Positions 1 through 8,888 of a stretch of 38,587 nucleotides of DNA are shown in pieces; positions within the stretch are counted from its first letter, which is position 1; each line of letters begins with the position of its first letter. The stretch comes from Phycisphaerales bacterium (GTDB lineage Bacteria > Planctomycetota > Phycisphaerae > Phycisphaerales > SM1A02). The notes beneath the pieces are model-generated. The model made no database searches. It was not told the origin of the DNA and saw nothing but the letters and a program-made list of their open reading frames with translations. Both the position numbers and the translations under genes were made by a program. The stretch covers positions 1-38,587 of the forward strand of contig JAKVBR010000002.1 of assembly GCA_022447165.1 (NCBI GenBank). Reading direction: 5' to 3'.

Positions 1-92
1 ATCGCGTCAACACGATGCCACGCGGACTGCCCGGAGCGCATATGTCCTCCTGGCATGACGGTGGTTTTGCCGCTCTTCTCTCAAAGGAATAA
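1..92 (+). CDS. 3' end of an unidentified CDS entering from the left edge (partial)
   Basis: Frame 3 is open from the window edge (...RVNTMPRGLPGAHMSSWHDGGFAALLSKE) to TAA at 90-92, 48 nt before ptsN. The 29 visible residues contain no recognisable motif. Confidence 0.25.
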   Translation, partial: RVNTMPRGLPGAHMSSWHDGGFAALLSKE

Positions 93-140
93 CCATTCAC
101 TGACGCAATTGATACAATTCCTCTCCTTAGAAATTTCAAC

Positions 141-605
141 ATGAACCTGCTCGACCTCATCCAAGAACGCACCATTCGCGTCCCAATCAAATCGACTGAT
201 AAGCAATCTGCAATCAGTGAACTTGTTGATGTACTTGGTGATGAGGGCTCAATTGTTGACCCAGACACTGTTCGGCAAGCAGTTTGGGAACGAGAACTTC
301 AACGCACAACTGGCATCGGCGAAGGACTCGCAATACCACATGGACGATGCGAACACCTGCCTTCGATGGTCATGGCGATGGGTATCCCCTTGCAACCAAT
401 TGACTTTGCAAGCCCAGATAAGCGACCCGTGGAACTTATCATCTTGCTTGTTTCGCCGACAAACAACACTGCTGACCACATCCAAGCGCTCGGACGAATA
501 AGCCGGCTCATGGTTGACCGAACGTTCAGAGAAGCGGCTTACAAATCAAAAAGTGCAAATGAACTGCATGCGATGTTCACAAATGCACTTAACGATTCAA
601 ACTAA
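141..605 (+). CDS. ptsN: PTS EIIA-Ntr type nitrogen regulatory protein (PtsN)
   Basis: 154-aa ORF of typical EIIA(Fru/Ntr) size. It carries the phosphorylatable-His motif 'GIGEGLAIPHGR'. Confidence 0.85.
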   Translation: MNLLDLIQERTIRVPIKSTDKQSAISELVDVLGDEGSIVDPDTVRQAVWERELQRTTGIGEGLAIPHGRCEHLPSMVMAMGIPLQPIDFASPDKRPVELIILLVSPTNNTADHIQALGRISRLMVDRTFREAAYKSKSANELHAMFTNALNDSN

Positions 606-2386
606 TTTCGGTTTTGAAGCGAGCTGCCGCGTTCAAACGCTTCTTTCGCAGCGTCTTCGTTGCCTGCAATCGTGTGTGCTTTGGATAACAACATCCACGA
701 CGAAGGATCACTTGGCATTGCTTCCGTCATGTGCGTAAAAATTTCTACCGCGCTGTTTGGATTACCAAACTCAATCATCAAGAGTCCATATTGAAGAATG
801 AGCCGCGGATTTTCTGGGTGATACGCTATGGCGTGTTCCGAAGCAGCAATGGAAGCGTCAAAGAGTTGCTGGCGCTTAAGCCACGCGACATAGTCTTCCC
901 AAACGAGCGCCCACTCTGGATTTTCAAGCAAATTGTCTGTGTAAAACGCATCAACATTCATGCGAGAGCCCGTCATCTGCTTCGTTTGTCCGATGAGCAT
1001 ATACACTCGCTCATCTCGACCAACCTGTTCAGCCGCTCGCCATAACAATCGTTCTGATTCCGCAAAATCATTTTCTTGTTCATGCAACTTTGCAAGGGTT
1101 GTGTCAACATTTGGATTGCTCAACAATCCAACACCACCATCACCAATTGGACCAGAGAGCGTATAAAACTTGATCGCGCTTTGGGCATCACCATTGTTTA
1201 ACGATTTGTCGCCAAGCGAGTGGAACGCTGTGACTGCAACGCTTTGTAGAAAAAACAATCCCACAACGAGTGACAAAACCAAAAAGAGAAAGCCCTGCTT
1301 TTTCATCGAGCCATGAAACTTCAATTGCGTCTTATGCACATTGACGTTTTCGTCTTTCATGAGCGCCCATGTTTTAACAAGGAACCACATCGTGACAAGC
1401 GCCATGCCGACTGCCATCAGCATAGGCGTGGAAGCATACAACCCTCGATATCCCAAAAACGCAATCACAAAGAGCGTTGCAAACACAATCTCTTCATTGA
1501 TCGTCAAGTCTTGTTTTTGCTTGGTGTCTTCTTTACCTAACGCAGTTTCACCGAATCCTACTGAAAGGGCTTCATTAGGGCACGCATCGACGCAGTCCAT
1601 AATCTTCATGCATCCAGAGTCAATGACCATTTTGTGAATGTTGACTTCTTCATGAACGCGCACATTCGATGTACATGCTGCAGTGCATTTGCCGCATTGA
1701 CCACAGTTGTCATTCACGCGAATGCGCATCGGAGACGCTTTGTCGAGCGGCTTAAAGAAACCGCCATATGGACATCCGTATGAGCAGAATCCTTTAGCTC
1801 CTAACACATACACCGTGAGAAAACCGCAAATGAACAAAAACGGAATCGCAATGTGCGCCGGTGGAAAAGTATTCCAAAACTCAGTCGTCGTCAGGTGCGT
1901 TGTCACACCTGGCCACTGCAATTCGGGTTGTACAAATGGCGCGACTGCTATTCGGTAGAAGAGCGGCCAGATAAACATGTATACGCCGAGTGCAAATGGA
2001 AACCACATGAGTAATCTTGAACGGAACGGTTTTGGGCGGATTCCAATTTTGCGAAGGAGCCAATAACAACCATCTTGCAATAAGACGACATGGCACCCCC
2101 ACCCACAAAACCAACGTCCGAAGATAAGCGTCGATATGAGTGCAAGAATGAAAAAGATTGCGCCAGCGTTGATAACGCCGTTCTTTACGAGTTCCATGCC
2201 CTCGGACGGCTCAATCGGCGTGAGTGTTGCGCCACCAAACCAACCATACTTTTTACTGAGCGCCCAAAACACGACATGCGCAATGATCAGCAGTTGGACA
2301 ATCCACAGAACAGTCCAGCGCCTTTTGTAATTTTTGTTTCGTAAGACGGGTAAAGACACATCAGCATTCATATTGCTTGAATCCAT
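602..2386 (-). CDS. Membrane polyferredoxin (NapH/CcoG-like 4Fe-4S protein) fused to a C-terminal TPR-like domain
   Basis: 594-aa ORF with several hydrophobic helices. Cys motifs: 'FCGWGCH', 'CSYGCPYG', and two ferredoxin clusters, 'CGQCGKCTAACTSN' and 'CMKIMDCVDACPNEAL'. The C-terminal ~190 aa are helical-repeat/TPR-like ('...AIKFYTLS...', 'AIAYHPENP', 'AVEIFTHMTEAMPSDP'). Confidence 0.7.
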   Translation of the reverse strand: MDSSNMNADVSLPVLRNKNYKRRWTVLWIVQLLIIAHVVFWALSKKYGWFGGATLTPIEPSEGMELVKNGVINAGAIFFILALISTLIFGRWFCGWGCHVVLLQDGCYWLLRKIGIRPKPFRSRLLMWFPFALGVYMFIWPLFYRIAVAPFVQPELQWPGVTTHLTTTEFWNTFPPAHIAIPFLFICGFLTVYVLGAKGFCSYGCPYGGFFKPLDKASPMRIRVNDNCGQCGKCTAACTSNVRVHEEVNIHKMVIDSGCMKIMDCVDACPNEALSVGFGETALGKEDTKQKQDLTINEEIVFATLFVIAFLGYRGLYASTPMLMAVGMALVTMWFLVKTWALMKDENVNVHKTQLKFHGSMKKQGFLFLVLSLVVGLFFLQSVAVTAFHSLGDKSLNNGDAQSAIKFYTLSGPIGDGGVGLLSNPNVDTTLAKLHEQENDFAESERLLWRAAEQVGRDERVYMLIGQTKQMTGSRMNVDAFYTDNLLENPEWALVWEDYVAWLKRQQLFDASIAASEHAIAYHPENPRLILQYGLLMIEFGNPNSAVEIFTHMTEAMPSDPSSWMLLSKAHTIAGNEDAAKEAFERGSSLQNRN

Positions 2387-2410
2387 GCCCCACTACTCTA
2401 ACACAAACTA

Positions 2411-3376
2411 TTAACTTGCCAACAAATCTGAGTGAAGTTGTATTTCGAGTGACTCTTGTATCTTCTCAAGCGCTTTTAACTGAATCTGCCGGATGCACTC
2501 TTTTGATACGCCCATTTGTTTGCCTGCTTTTGCGAGTGTTAACAGCGGAGGGTTGTGACCTGCGTGCAAACCAAAACGCCATCTGAGCACATCTTGTTCG
2601 CGAGATGTTAACTCTCGCTCAGCATCCCTAATCGCTTGGCGAACTTGTTCTAACACGTCAGAAGATTCATACACTTCGTTCTCCGCGTGAACAAGCTCTG
2701 GCTGAGCATCATCGTCAAGGCGAACTGCATGTTGGTGTTTCAACTGATTTTTTCCAAACCGGTTGAATGCAGTGCTTAACGCCCTGCATGCATATGTTGA
2801 GAATTTGTAACCGAGTTCGGGGTCAAACCTGTCGACGCTTTTACAAAGAGCGATGTTGCCTTCCGCGACGAGGTCCGCATACTCGCCAAAAGCCCAAGAC
2901 CGCTTCGCCATTGCCAGAACGAGCGCAAGATTACATTCAACGATGTGTTCTCGTTTTTCCTGTGCTACGCTGTGCCAATGGAGAAGCGAATCGAGATCTT
3001 TGCGAGTTCGCTTGGACTTTCTGTTCAGTTTCTTTTGCAGTTTTGAGACACGCATACGAGCGTAGTTGTACTGCCTAAATAGAATTTGCTCCTGTTCTCT
3101 TGAAAGGAGCATCTGTCGTTTCTTACTATTTGTGACTTCACAATCAATCGCAGGACAGTACCAAGAAGTTGAATTTCTTGGCACTTCATCGACGTCATCA
3201 AAAATGAGGGCCTGTGCATGCTTGCGCCTAAGGAGTGGTGAAGGAACAAAGAACTCGGGTTCGGAGAGAATTTGTTCAATCAGTGCTTGCTCTGAAGTAG
3301 AGCAGCGGCGATTGCTTTTTGGCGCAAGTGACGACGATGTGACCTGCTTTTGATTGTGCTTTGTCGAATGAGACAT
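2411..3376 (-). CDS. RNA polymerase sigma factor, sigma-70 family (non-ECF, with a ~100-aa N-terminal extension)
   Basis: Region 2 reads 'LVAEGNIALCKSVDRFDPELGYKFSTYACRAL'. The region 4 HTH reads 'LTSREQDVLRWRFGL...LTLAKAGKQMGVSKECIRQIQLKALEKI'. A GGGGGA SD-like run lies upstream of the ATG at 3376. Confidence 0.85.
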   Translation of the reverse strand: MSHSTKHNQKQVTSSSLAPKSNRRCSTSEQALIEQILSEPEFFVPSPLLRRKHAQALIFDDVDEVPRNSTSWYCPAIDCEVTNSKKRQMLLSREQEQILFRQYNYARMRVSKLQKKLNRKSKRTRKDLDSLLHWHSVAQEKREHIVECNLALVLAMAKRSWAFGEYADLVAEGNIALCKSVDRFDPELGYKFSTYACRALSTAFNRFGKNQLKHQHAVRLDDDAQPELVHAENEVYESSDVLEQVRQAIRDAERELTSREQDVLRWRFGLHAGHNPPLLTLAKAGKQMGVSKECIRQIQLKALEKIQESLEIQLHSDLLAS

Positions 3377-3519
3377 TTGAATTGTTCCCCCGCGTTAGAA
3401 AGAAATGACTATGCAATGACGCATAGCACTCCCTCCTACGCTACTCAATTCAAAGTGCGAATCGGTTTTTTGGTTTTTTCTTGCTTTTTCTTGAAAAGGC
3501 GCTTATTTGAGTCAAAAAC

Positions 3520-3990
3520 TCACTCTGGTTCGTCACCAGAGAGGTCATAAACCCAACCCTCCATCGCCCGATCCCATGAAAGGATTTCGCCTTCTTGGAA
3601 GAACAAACCCAACTCCTTGGTAGCGGCTTCAGGGCTATCAGAGCCATGAATGAGGTTGAAACTGTTGGAAACGCCATAATCACCGCGAATCGTGCCAGCG
3701 GCTGCTTGCGAACCAAATGTCGCGCCCATCATTGCTCTGCAAATCGCAATCGCGCCAACACCTTCAAGCGCAAGCACGAGGACGGGTGAACTTGTCATAA
3801 AGCTGACTAAACCCGCATAAAACGGCTTTTCTGTGTGTGCTGCATAATGCTCTGCAGCAAGTTCAGGGGTGATTTGCATCATTTTTGCACCAACGACTTT
3901 CAATCCCTTTTGTTCAAATCGGGAAATGATTTGACCCATGAGTCCGCGTTGAACTGCATCTGGCTTAAGAATAATGAGCGTTTGTTCCAT
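3520..3990 (-). CDS. ndk: Nucleoside diphosphate kinase
   Basis: 'MEQTLIILKPDAVQRGLMGQIISRFEQKGLKVV' and the active-site motif 'NLIHGSDS'. I trimmed the 193-aa track ORF to the internal ATG at 3990, which gives the canonical NDK N-terminus and 156 aa. Confidence 0.95.
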   Translation of the reverse strand: MEQTLIILKPDAVQRGLMGQIISRFEQKGLKVVGAKMMQITPELAAEHYAAHTEKPFYAGLVSFMTSSPVLVLALEGVGAIAICRAMMGATFGSQAAAGTIRGDYGVSNSFNLIHGSDSPEAATKELGLFFQEGEILSWDRAMEGWVYDLSGDEPE

Positions 3991-4159
3991 CTGTCTGTTT
4001 CCTCTGTTTTTAAATTCTGAAAAAGTACCCCTAAGAGGGAGAAGGATACCAAAAACAGTGAATTTCAACCACTCCCACGCTACTTTTTGAGTATTCTGCA
4101 ACTACTTGGGTACGGATGCCCAACGACAACCAAACTGATGAAATTGGACAGAATGGATT

Positions 4160-5956
4160 ATGCCCAACGTCAAATCACCAAAAACGAAAAAAAAGAAATC
4201 CCGCGCAAATGTGACTGCTGAAACGATGGCTGCAGGCCAACGTGATATTTCTGTCAGTGAATTTTTTGCAAAAAACAGACACCTTCTCGGGTTTGATAAT
4301 CCGAGAAAGGCAATGCTTACAGCCATTAAGGAAGCAGTGGATAACGCGCTCGATGCTGCTGAAGAAGCGGGCATCTTGCCCGAGATTTACGTCGAAGTGA
4401 TGCAGCAATCGGAGACGCGCTTTAAGTTAACGATTAGGGATAACGGTCCTGGCATCGTCAAAGCGCAAATCGAAAACATCTTCGGGAAACTTCTATATGG
4501 TTCCAAGTTTCACCGACTCAAAATGAGTCGCGGGCAACAAGGCATTGGTATTTCAGCGGCAGGCATGTACGGGCTCATGACGACCGGCAAACCCGTCATG
4601 ATTATCTCAAAGACAGGCAAAAAGAAGCCAGCCCATGAAGTTGTACTGAAGATGGACACTTCAAAAAACCGCCCAACCATTATCAGTGATGAAGAACATC
4701 CTGAAGATGACAAACTGTTCAAGGACGGACACGGAACACAAGTTGTCATCGAACTTGAAGGGAAGTACCAAAAAGGTCGTCAATCCATCGACGAATATCT
4801 TGAACAAACAGCGATTGCAAACCCTCACGCAACGATTACCTACGTCACGCCGTCGAATGAAACCATTGAGTTTCCCAGAGCAATCAATGAACTTCCTGAG
4901 GAACCCAAAGAGATTAAGCCCCACCCGAAAGGCATTGAACTTGGCACGCTGATTCAAATGCTTGAACGCACCGATGCCAAACAGTTGAGCGGCTTCTTGA
5001 CTGGTGATTTTTGCAGAGTTGGTTCAACGAAAGCACGCGAGATTGCTAAAGGCGCTGGGCTCACCGGACAAACTTGGGTGAAAACGATTGGTCATGATGA
5101 TGCTGAGCGGTTGTATGACTCCATCCAAAACACACGCATTATTGCGCCAAACACAGACTGCCTTGTGCCCATCGGTTCAAAAGCACTTCTAGCAGGACTC
5201 CTGAAGGAAGTGCAAGCAGAATTTTTCGCCGCATCTACACGGCCGCCAAGTGTGTACCGCGGCAATCCATTTCAAATTGAAGTTGCAATTGGTTACGGCG
5301 GTGGACTTGGACGAGACGACTCAGCAAAAGTGCTGCGTTTCGCAAACAGAGTGCCGCTGCTTTATTCTCAATCGAGTTGTTGTTCATTCAAAGCAGTCGC
5401 CGAAACATCGTGGAAGAATTACGGACTAACGCAACCACGAAACTCCATTCCAACTGGCCCACTCGTTGTCATGGTGCACATGATTAGCGTCTGGGTTCCA
5501 TTTACAAGTGAATCGAAAGAAGCGATTGCAGATTACGATGAGATTCGTAAAGAAATGAAACTTGCACTTCAAGAGTGCGGTCGAAAACTTGGCACATATC
5601 TTCGCAGGCGCAAGCGAATGGCTCGCGAGGGTGAACGAAGAAGCGTCTTTGAACGATACATCGGCGAGATTTCTAGGAGTTGCAATGCAATCACTGGAAC
5701 AGACACTGACAAACTGTATAAAGCCCTCATGAAGCAGGCGAAACGAAAGACTGAAGAAGCAGACGCCCTACTCGATGATGAAGGCAACCCAGTTGATGAT
5801 GGTGGTCGCCTGAGCAAGGATGAAGATGTCATCATCGTTGACGACTTGCAAGACATTCCAGAGATGCAAGATTCACTTTTTGAAGATGGCAAAAAGAAAA
5901 AGAAATCGACCAAGAAGAAAAAGAAAAAAACTACTCGTAAGCGAGCGAAGAAGTAA
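4160..5956 (+). CDS. top6B: DNA topoisomerase VI subunit B (type IIB, GHKL ATPase) with a lysine-rich C-terminal tail
   Basis: Bergerat-fold motifs: 'EAVDNALDAAEEAG' (N box), 'IRDNGPGI' (G1) and 'SRGQQGIGISAAGMY' (G2). The N-terminal segment 'GQRDISVSEFFAKNRHLLGFDNPRKA' is typical of Top6B. The tail reads 'GKKKKKSTKKKKKKTTRKRAKK'. The stop overlaps the top6A start (TAATG at 5954-5958). Confidence 0.9.
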   Translation: MPNVKSPKTKKKKSRANVTAETMAAGQRDISVSEFFAKNRHLLGFDNPRKAMLTAIKEAVDNALDAAEEAGILPEIYVEVMQQSETRFKLTIRDNGPGIVKAQIENIFGKLLYGSKFHRLKMSRGQQGIGISAAGMYGLMTTGKPVMIISKTGKKKPAHEVVLKMDTSKNRPTIISDEEHPEDDKLFKDGHGTQVVIELEGKYQKGRQSIDEYLEQTAIANPHATITYVTPSNETIEFPRAINELPEEPKEIKPHPKGIELGTLIQMLERTDAKQLSGFLTGDFCRVGSTKAREIAKGAGLTGQTWVKTIGHDDAERLYDSIQNTRIIAPNTDCLVPIGSKALLAGLLKEVQAEFFAASTRPPSVYRGNPFQIEVAIGYGGGLGRDDSAKVLRFANRVPLLYSQSSCCSFKAVAETSWKNYGLTQPRNSIPTGPLVVMVHMISVWVPFTSESKEAIADYDEIRKEMKLALQECGRKLGTYLRRRKRMAREGERRSVFERYIGEISRSCNAITGTDTDKLYKALMKQAKRKTEEADALLDDEGNPVDDGGRLSKDEDVIIVDDLQDIPEMQDSLFEDGKKKKKSTKKKKKKTTRKRAKK

Positions 5957-7110
5957 TGGCTAAGAAGAAAACAACGAAGAAGAAAACAACTCGCAAAACA
6001 AACCGCGTTGTTGATAAGAAGCGTGACGAGAAGACAAAGAAGAAAATCGAAGCACTCGCTGAAAGTGTCGCCACTAAAGCGCTGAAACAAAAAGAACCCA
6101 ACTTCGAAATTCCGACACGTTCGATTTCAAACATGAAGTACAACAAGAAGAAGCGTATTCTTGAAATGGGTTCAAACACGCAAACGCGAAGTTTGTTTAA
6201 CTTAGGACAAGCACGAAAGTTTATGCAATCACTCCTTCTTGCTAAAGGGTGCCGCGATCTCATTGATGCTGAGAAAACACTCAGTTTACGGGGTATGTAT
6301 TACATGTCGCTGCATACGATTCCAGGAACGAAGGAAAAAACGTTTAACGATCAGGGCGAGTCTGATGGCATTCTTGAAGATTTAGAAGTTTCACTTGATG
6401 GACTCCGCGAAGAACTCCATGTGTTTGCCAAGAAGCGTGGCACAATGGTCGGAAACATTTCAATCGTAGACAATGGCGATGAGATTGATTGCAGAAGAAT
6501 GGGCACAGGTGGTTACGCCATCCCAAGTATCTGCGAGCCAAACGTTATTCAGTTTAAAGACTGCGACGCCGATTTCATCTTGCATGTCGAGAAAGACACC
6601 GTGTGGAGCCGTTTTAACGAAGACCGTTTCTGGGAGAAGCACAACTGCATTTTGACAGAGGGTTCTGGTCAACCACCTCGCGGTGTTCGCCGAATGCTTC
6701 ACCGCATGCACAAGGAGTTGAAACTCCCCGTGTATTGCTTACTTGATTGCGATCCGTGGGGACACTACATCTACAGCGTGATTAAGCAGGGCTCAATCAA
6801 CCTTGCGTTTGAATCAGAACGGATGGCGATCCCAGACGCGCAATTCCTTGGCATTCGCGCAAATGATTATGAACGATGTGAACTTTCTGATGATGTCAAA
6901 ATTGATTTGAATGACCGTGACATCACCCGCGCAAAACAAATTGCTGCGTACCCTTGGTTTGAAGGCAAACGCGACTGGCAACGAGAAATTAAAACGATGC
7001 TCGGTAACGGTTTTAAGATGGAAGTCGAATCCCTCATCACCAAGGATATCTCATACGTCACGGAAGAATACGTCCCCTCACGCCTCAAAGAAGGCGATTT
7101 TTTGGATTGA
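5956..7110 (+). CDS. top6A: DNA topoisomerase VI subunit A (Spo11 family) with a lysine-rich N-terminal tail
   Basis: CAP-domain catalytic Tyr context 'LSLRGMYYMSL'. Toprim Glu in 'FILHVEKDTVW' and DxD in 'LLDCDPWGHYIYS'. The N-terminus reads 'MAKKKTTKKKTTRKTNRVVDKKRDEKTKKKIE'. Confidence 0.9.
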   Translation: MAKKKTTKKKTTRKTNRVVDKKRDEKTKKKIEALAESVATKALKQKEPNFEIPTRSISNMKYNKKKRILEMGSNTQTRSLFNLGQARKFMQSLLLAKGCRDLIDAEKTLSLRGMYYMSLHTIPGTKEKTFNDQGESDGILEDLEVSLDGLREELHVFAKKRGTMVGNISIVDNGDEIDCRRMGTGGYAIPSICEPNVIQFKDCDADFILHVEKDTVWSRFNEDRFWEKHNCILTEGSGQPPRGVRRMLHRMHKELKLPVYCLLDCDPWGHYIYSVIKQGSINLAFESERMAIPDAQFLGIRANDYERCELSDDVKIDLNDRDITRAKQIAAYPWFEGKRDWQREIKTMLGNGFKMEVESLITKDISYVTEEYVPSRLKEGDFLD

Positions 7111-7220
7111 AAAAAGTCTTTTGACTTTCGATAGAATGCGAGTACACTTGGAGTGTTCAGCTTCGTGTTTGCACGACTATGTCTGTCTGCAAACTGCAAG
7201 AACGAAAGAGAGGTCTACGA

Positions 7221-7835
7221 ATGACACCAACAATTGTTGAAGAACTTGATTTACCGGAAAGTCCAGAAACTGTACTCATTGCAGACGATGAACTGCTCGT
7301 TGCGCAGGGCATTATGGCTGTGCTTCAGTCAATTGGTTATGAAGTCATCGGCCCATACAAAAATGGCGAAGAAGCAGTGCAAGCGTGCAAAGAAACACCC
7401 CCAGATATGGCACTACTCGATATTCAAATGCCAGTCATGGATGGCATGAAAGCAGCGCACATCATTTTTCATGAACTTGATATTCCAGTCGTCATGCTTA
7501 CGGCGTATTCGGACGACACCTATCTTCGCAATTCTCATGCTGCAGGCGTGTTTGGTTTTCTCTTAAAGCCAGCGAGCAAGGAACAACTTTGCGCAGGGCT
7601 TTCAGTTGCTTGGCAACGATTTCTAGACCACATTACACAGCGAAGTCAAATCGTTGACTTGAAGCAACGCCTTGAAGATCGCAAACTCATTGAAAAGGCG
7701 AAGTGGATTATTGTTCAGCGCAAAAAAGTCGGCGAGCCCGATGCAATGAAGATGCTTCAAAAGCAATCACGTAACTCCCGCAAGTCACTTGCGTCTGTAG
7801 CAAGAGCAGTCGTTGATAGCGACGGTTTACTCTAA
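7221..7835 (+). CDS. Response regulator with REC domain and ANTAR RNA-binding output domain
   Basis: REC: 'LIADDELLVAQGI...PDMALLDIQMPVMDGMKAA'. ANTAR: 'RKLIEKAKWIIVQRKKVGEPDAMKMLQKQSRNSRKSLASVARAVV'. I chose the ATG at 7221, which has GAGAGG 8 nt upstream. The track ORF starts 14 codons earlier, at 7179. Confidence 0.85.
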   Translation: MTPTIVEELDLPESPETVLIADDELLVAQGIMAVLQSIGYEVIGPYKNGEEAVQACKETPPDMALLDIQMPVMDGMKAAHIIFHELDIPVVMLTAYSDDTYLRNSHAAGVFGFLLKPASKEQLCAGLSVAWQRFLDHITQRSQIVDLKQRLEDRKLIEKAKWIIVQRKKVGEPDAMKMLQKQSRNSRKSLASVARAVVDSDGLL

Positions 7836-8711
7836 CACGCAGAGTGAATGTTTCTTTATGGTGTATATCACCTTGCTGTGCTTCCCAATGGTGTCGCCAT
7901 CAAGTTGAACAAATGCTGGCGAATCTGTTGATACCGTGATAGATTCACCGCGAAGTTGTACTGCGTCTTGGTGGTGCAAATGCGTCCCCTTTTTCATGAG
8001 CCGTAACCATTTCAAAAACTGAAGCCGAGTCCGTATTGGAAGAAAGACGACATCGAGTAGTCCATCATCAATGATTGCTTCTCTTGCTGGGTTTAATCCC
8101 CTGGCATACGCGCGGCTATTTGCAACGACTGCAAACCCTGTTTGATGTTCCAGGGCAGTTGCGTCGTCGACATCGATTGAAATTGTTGGCGGTAAAAAGT
8201 TCGAAAATGTTTTTAAGATTGGAACCGAATAAGAGAAATGCGTAATGGAAGTACCCCTCGATGCAGCAAGCCGAGCAACGACATCTGCATCAAACCCAAC
8301 TGAGCCCATCAATACCATGAATGCGTCATTTGCAATTGCGGTATCAATGGTCTTTACTTTTGCGTTCATGATTGTATTTGCAATCGTTTCCGGATCAGTT
8401 GAAAGCGAGAGCGACTTCGCAAACAAGTTTTCAGTGCCTGAAGCAGCGTGATACACCGGTATAGACGTCTCAACAAGCATGCTTGCAATTTGCCGAAGCG
8501 TACCATCTCCACCGACTGCAATGACTGCATCTGGCTTTGATTGAAGTATCGGCATGAACCACTCACTAGGATCTGTTGGTTGCGTTGGGCACATTTCGAC
8601 ATCACAAGGGTGTTGGACTAACTCAGCAGCAATCGCAGTTGCAAATTGGCTTGCTCGTCCTCGACCAGAAACTGGGTTGTAAGCAATGAGAATCCGCTTC
8701 ACGCTCATCAT
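7827..8711 (-). CDS. Diacylglycerol kinase family lipid kinase (YegS/BmrU-like)
   Basis: 'RILIAYNPVSGRGRA' N-terminus and the 'AVGGDGTLRQ' nucleotide-binding motif. At 294 aa the size is typical. Confidence 0.8.
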   Translation of the reverse strand: MMSVKRILIAYNPVSGRGRASQFATAIAAELVQHPCDVEMCPTQPTDPSEWFMPILQSKPDAVIAVGGDGTLRQIASMLVETSIPVYHAASGTENLFAKSLSLSTDPETIANTIMNAKVKTIDTAIANDAFMVLMGSVGFDADVVARLAASRGTSITHFSYSVPILKTFSNFLPPTISIDVDDATALEHQTGFAVVANSRAYARGLNPAREAIIDDGLLDVVFLPIRTRLQFLKWLRLMKKGTHLHHQDAVQLRGESITVSTDSPAFVQLDGDTIGKHSKVIYTIKKHSLCVLE

Positions 8712-8888
8712 GGTACATGGACTCCGCAGGGAATGCCTTGACTTTCCTTATCCATCTGCGTAGCATTGAAAATGATCAGTTTCAATTCAACTACTATTGG
8801 TTCATCAAGTTTCACATCGTGCCTCAGGTCGAAGGATTCAAATTTCCAAAATGATTCGAATGAGGGGCGTTTGTTTGAGTTGATACTG

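Noticed and set aside
3991-4101. 37-codon N-terminal extension of the ndk ORF.
   Set aside because: NDK proteins begin at the 'M-x-x-T-(L/F)-x-I-I-KPD' segment. The extension would also consume the divergent top6B promoter region.
5921-5958. Possibility that Top6B and Top6A are fused by a programmed -1 frameshift on the A7 run (5924-5930), as in single-chain Topo VIII-like enzymes.
   Set aside because: Slipping -1 at the A-run enters a frame that stops at TAA 5938-5940. The top6A frame is only open from 5941, and the sequence between 5941 and 5953 has no slippery heptamer. The TAATG overlap is ordinary translational coupling.
5569-6263. Antisense ORFs 5569..6090 (173 aa) and 5931..6263 (110 aa), which are rich in F/L/S.
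   Set aside because: They are mirror images of the purine-rich lysine-coding stretch at the top6B/top6A junction. Poly-Phe/Leu low complexity with no start context is a typical antisense artefact.
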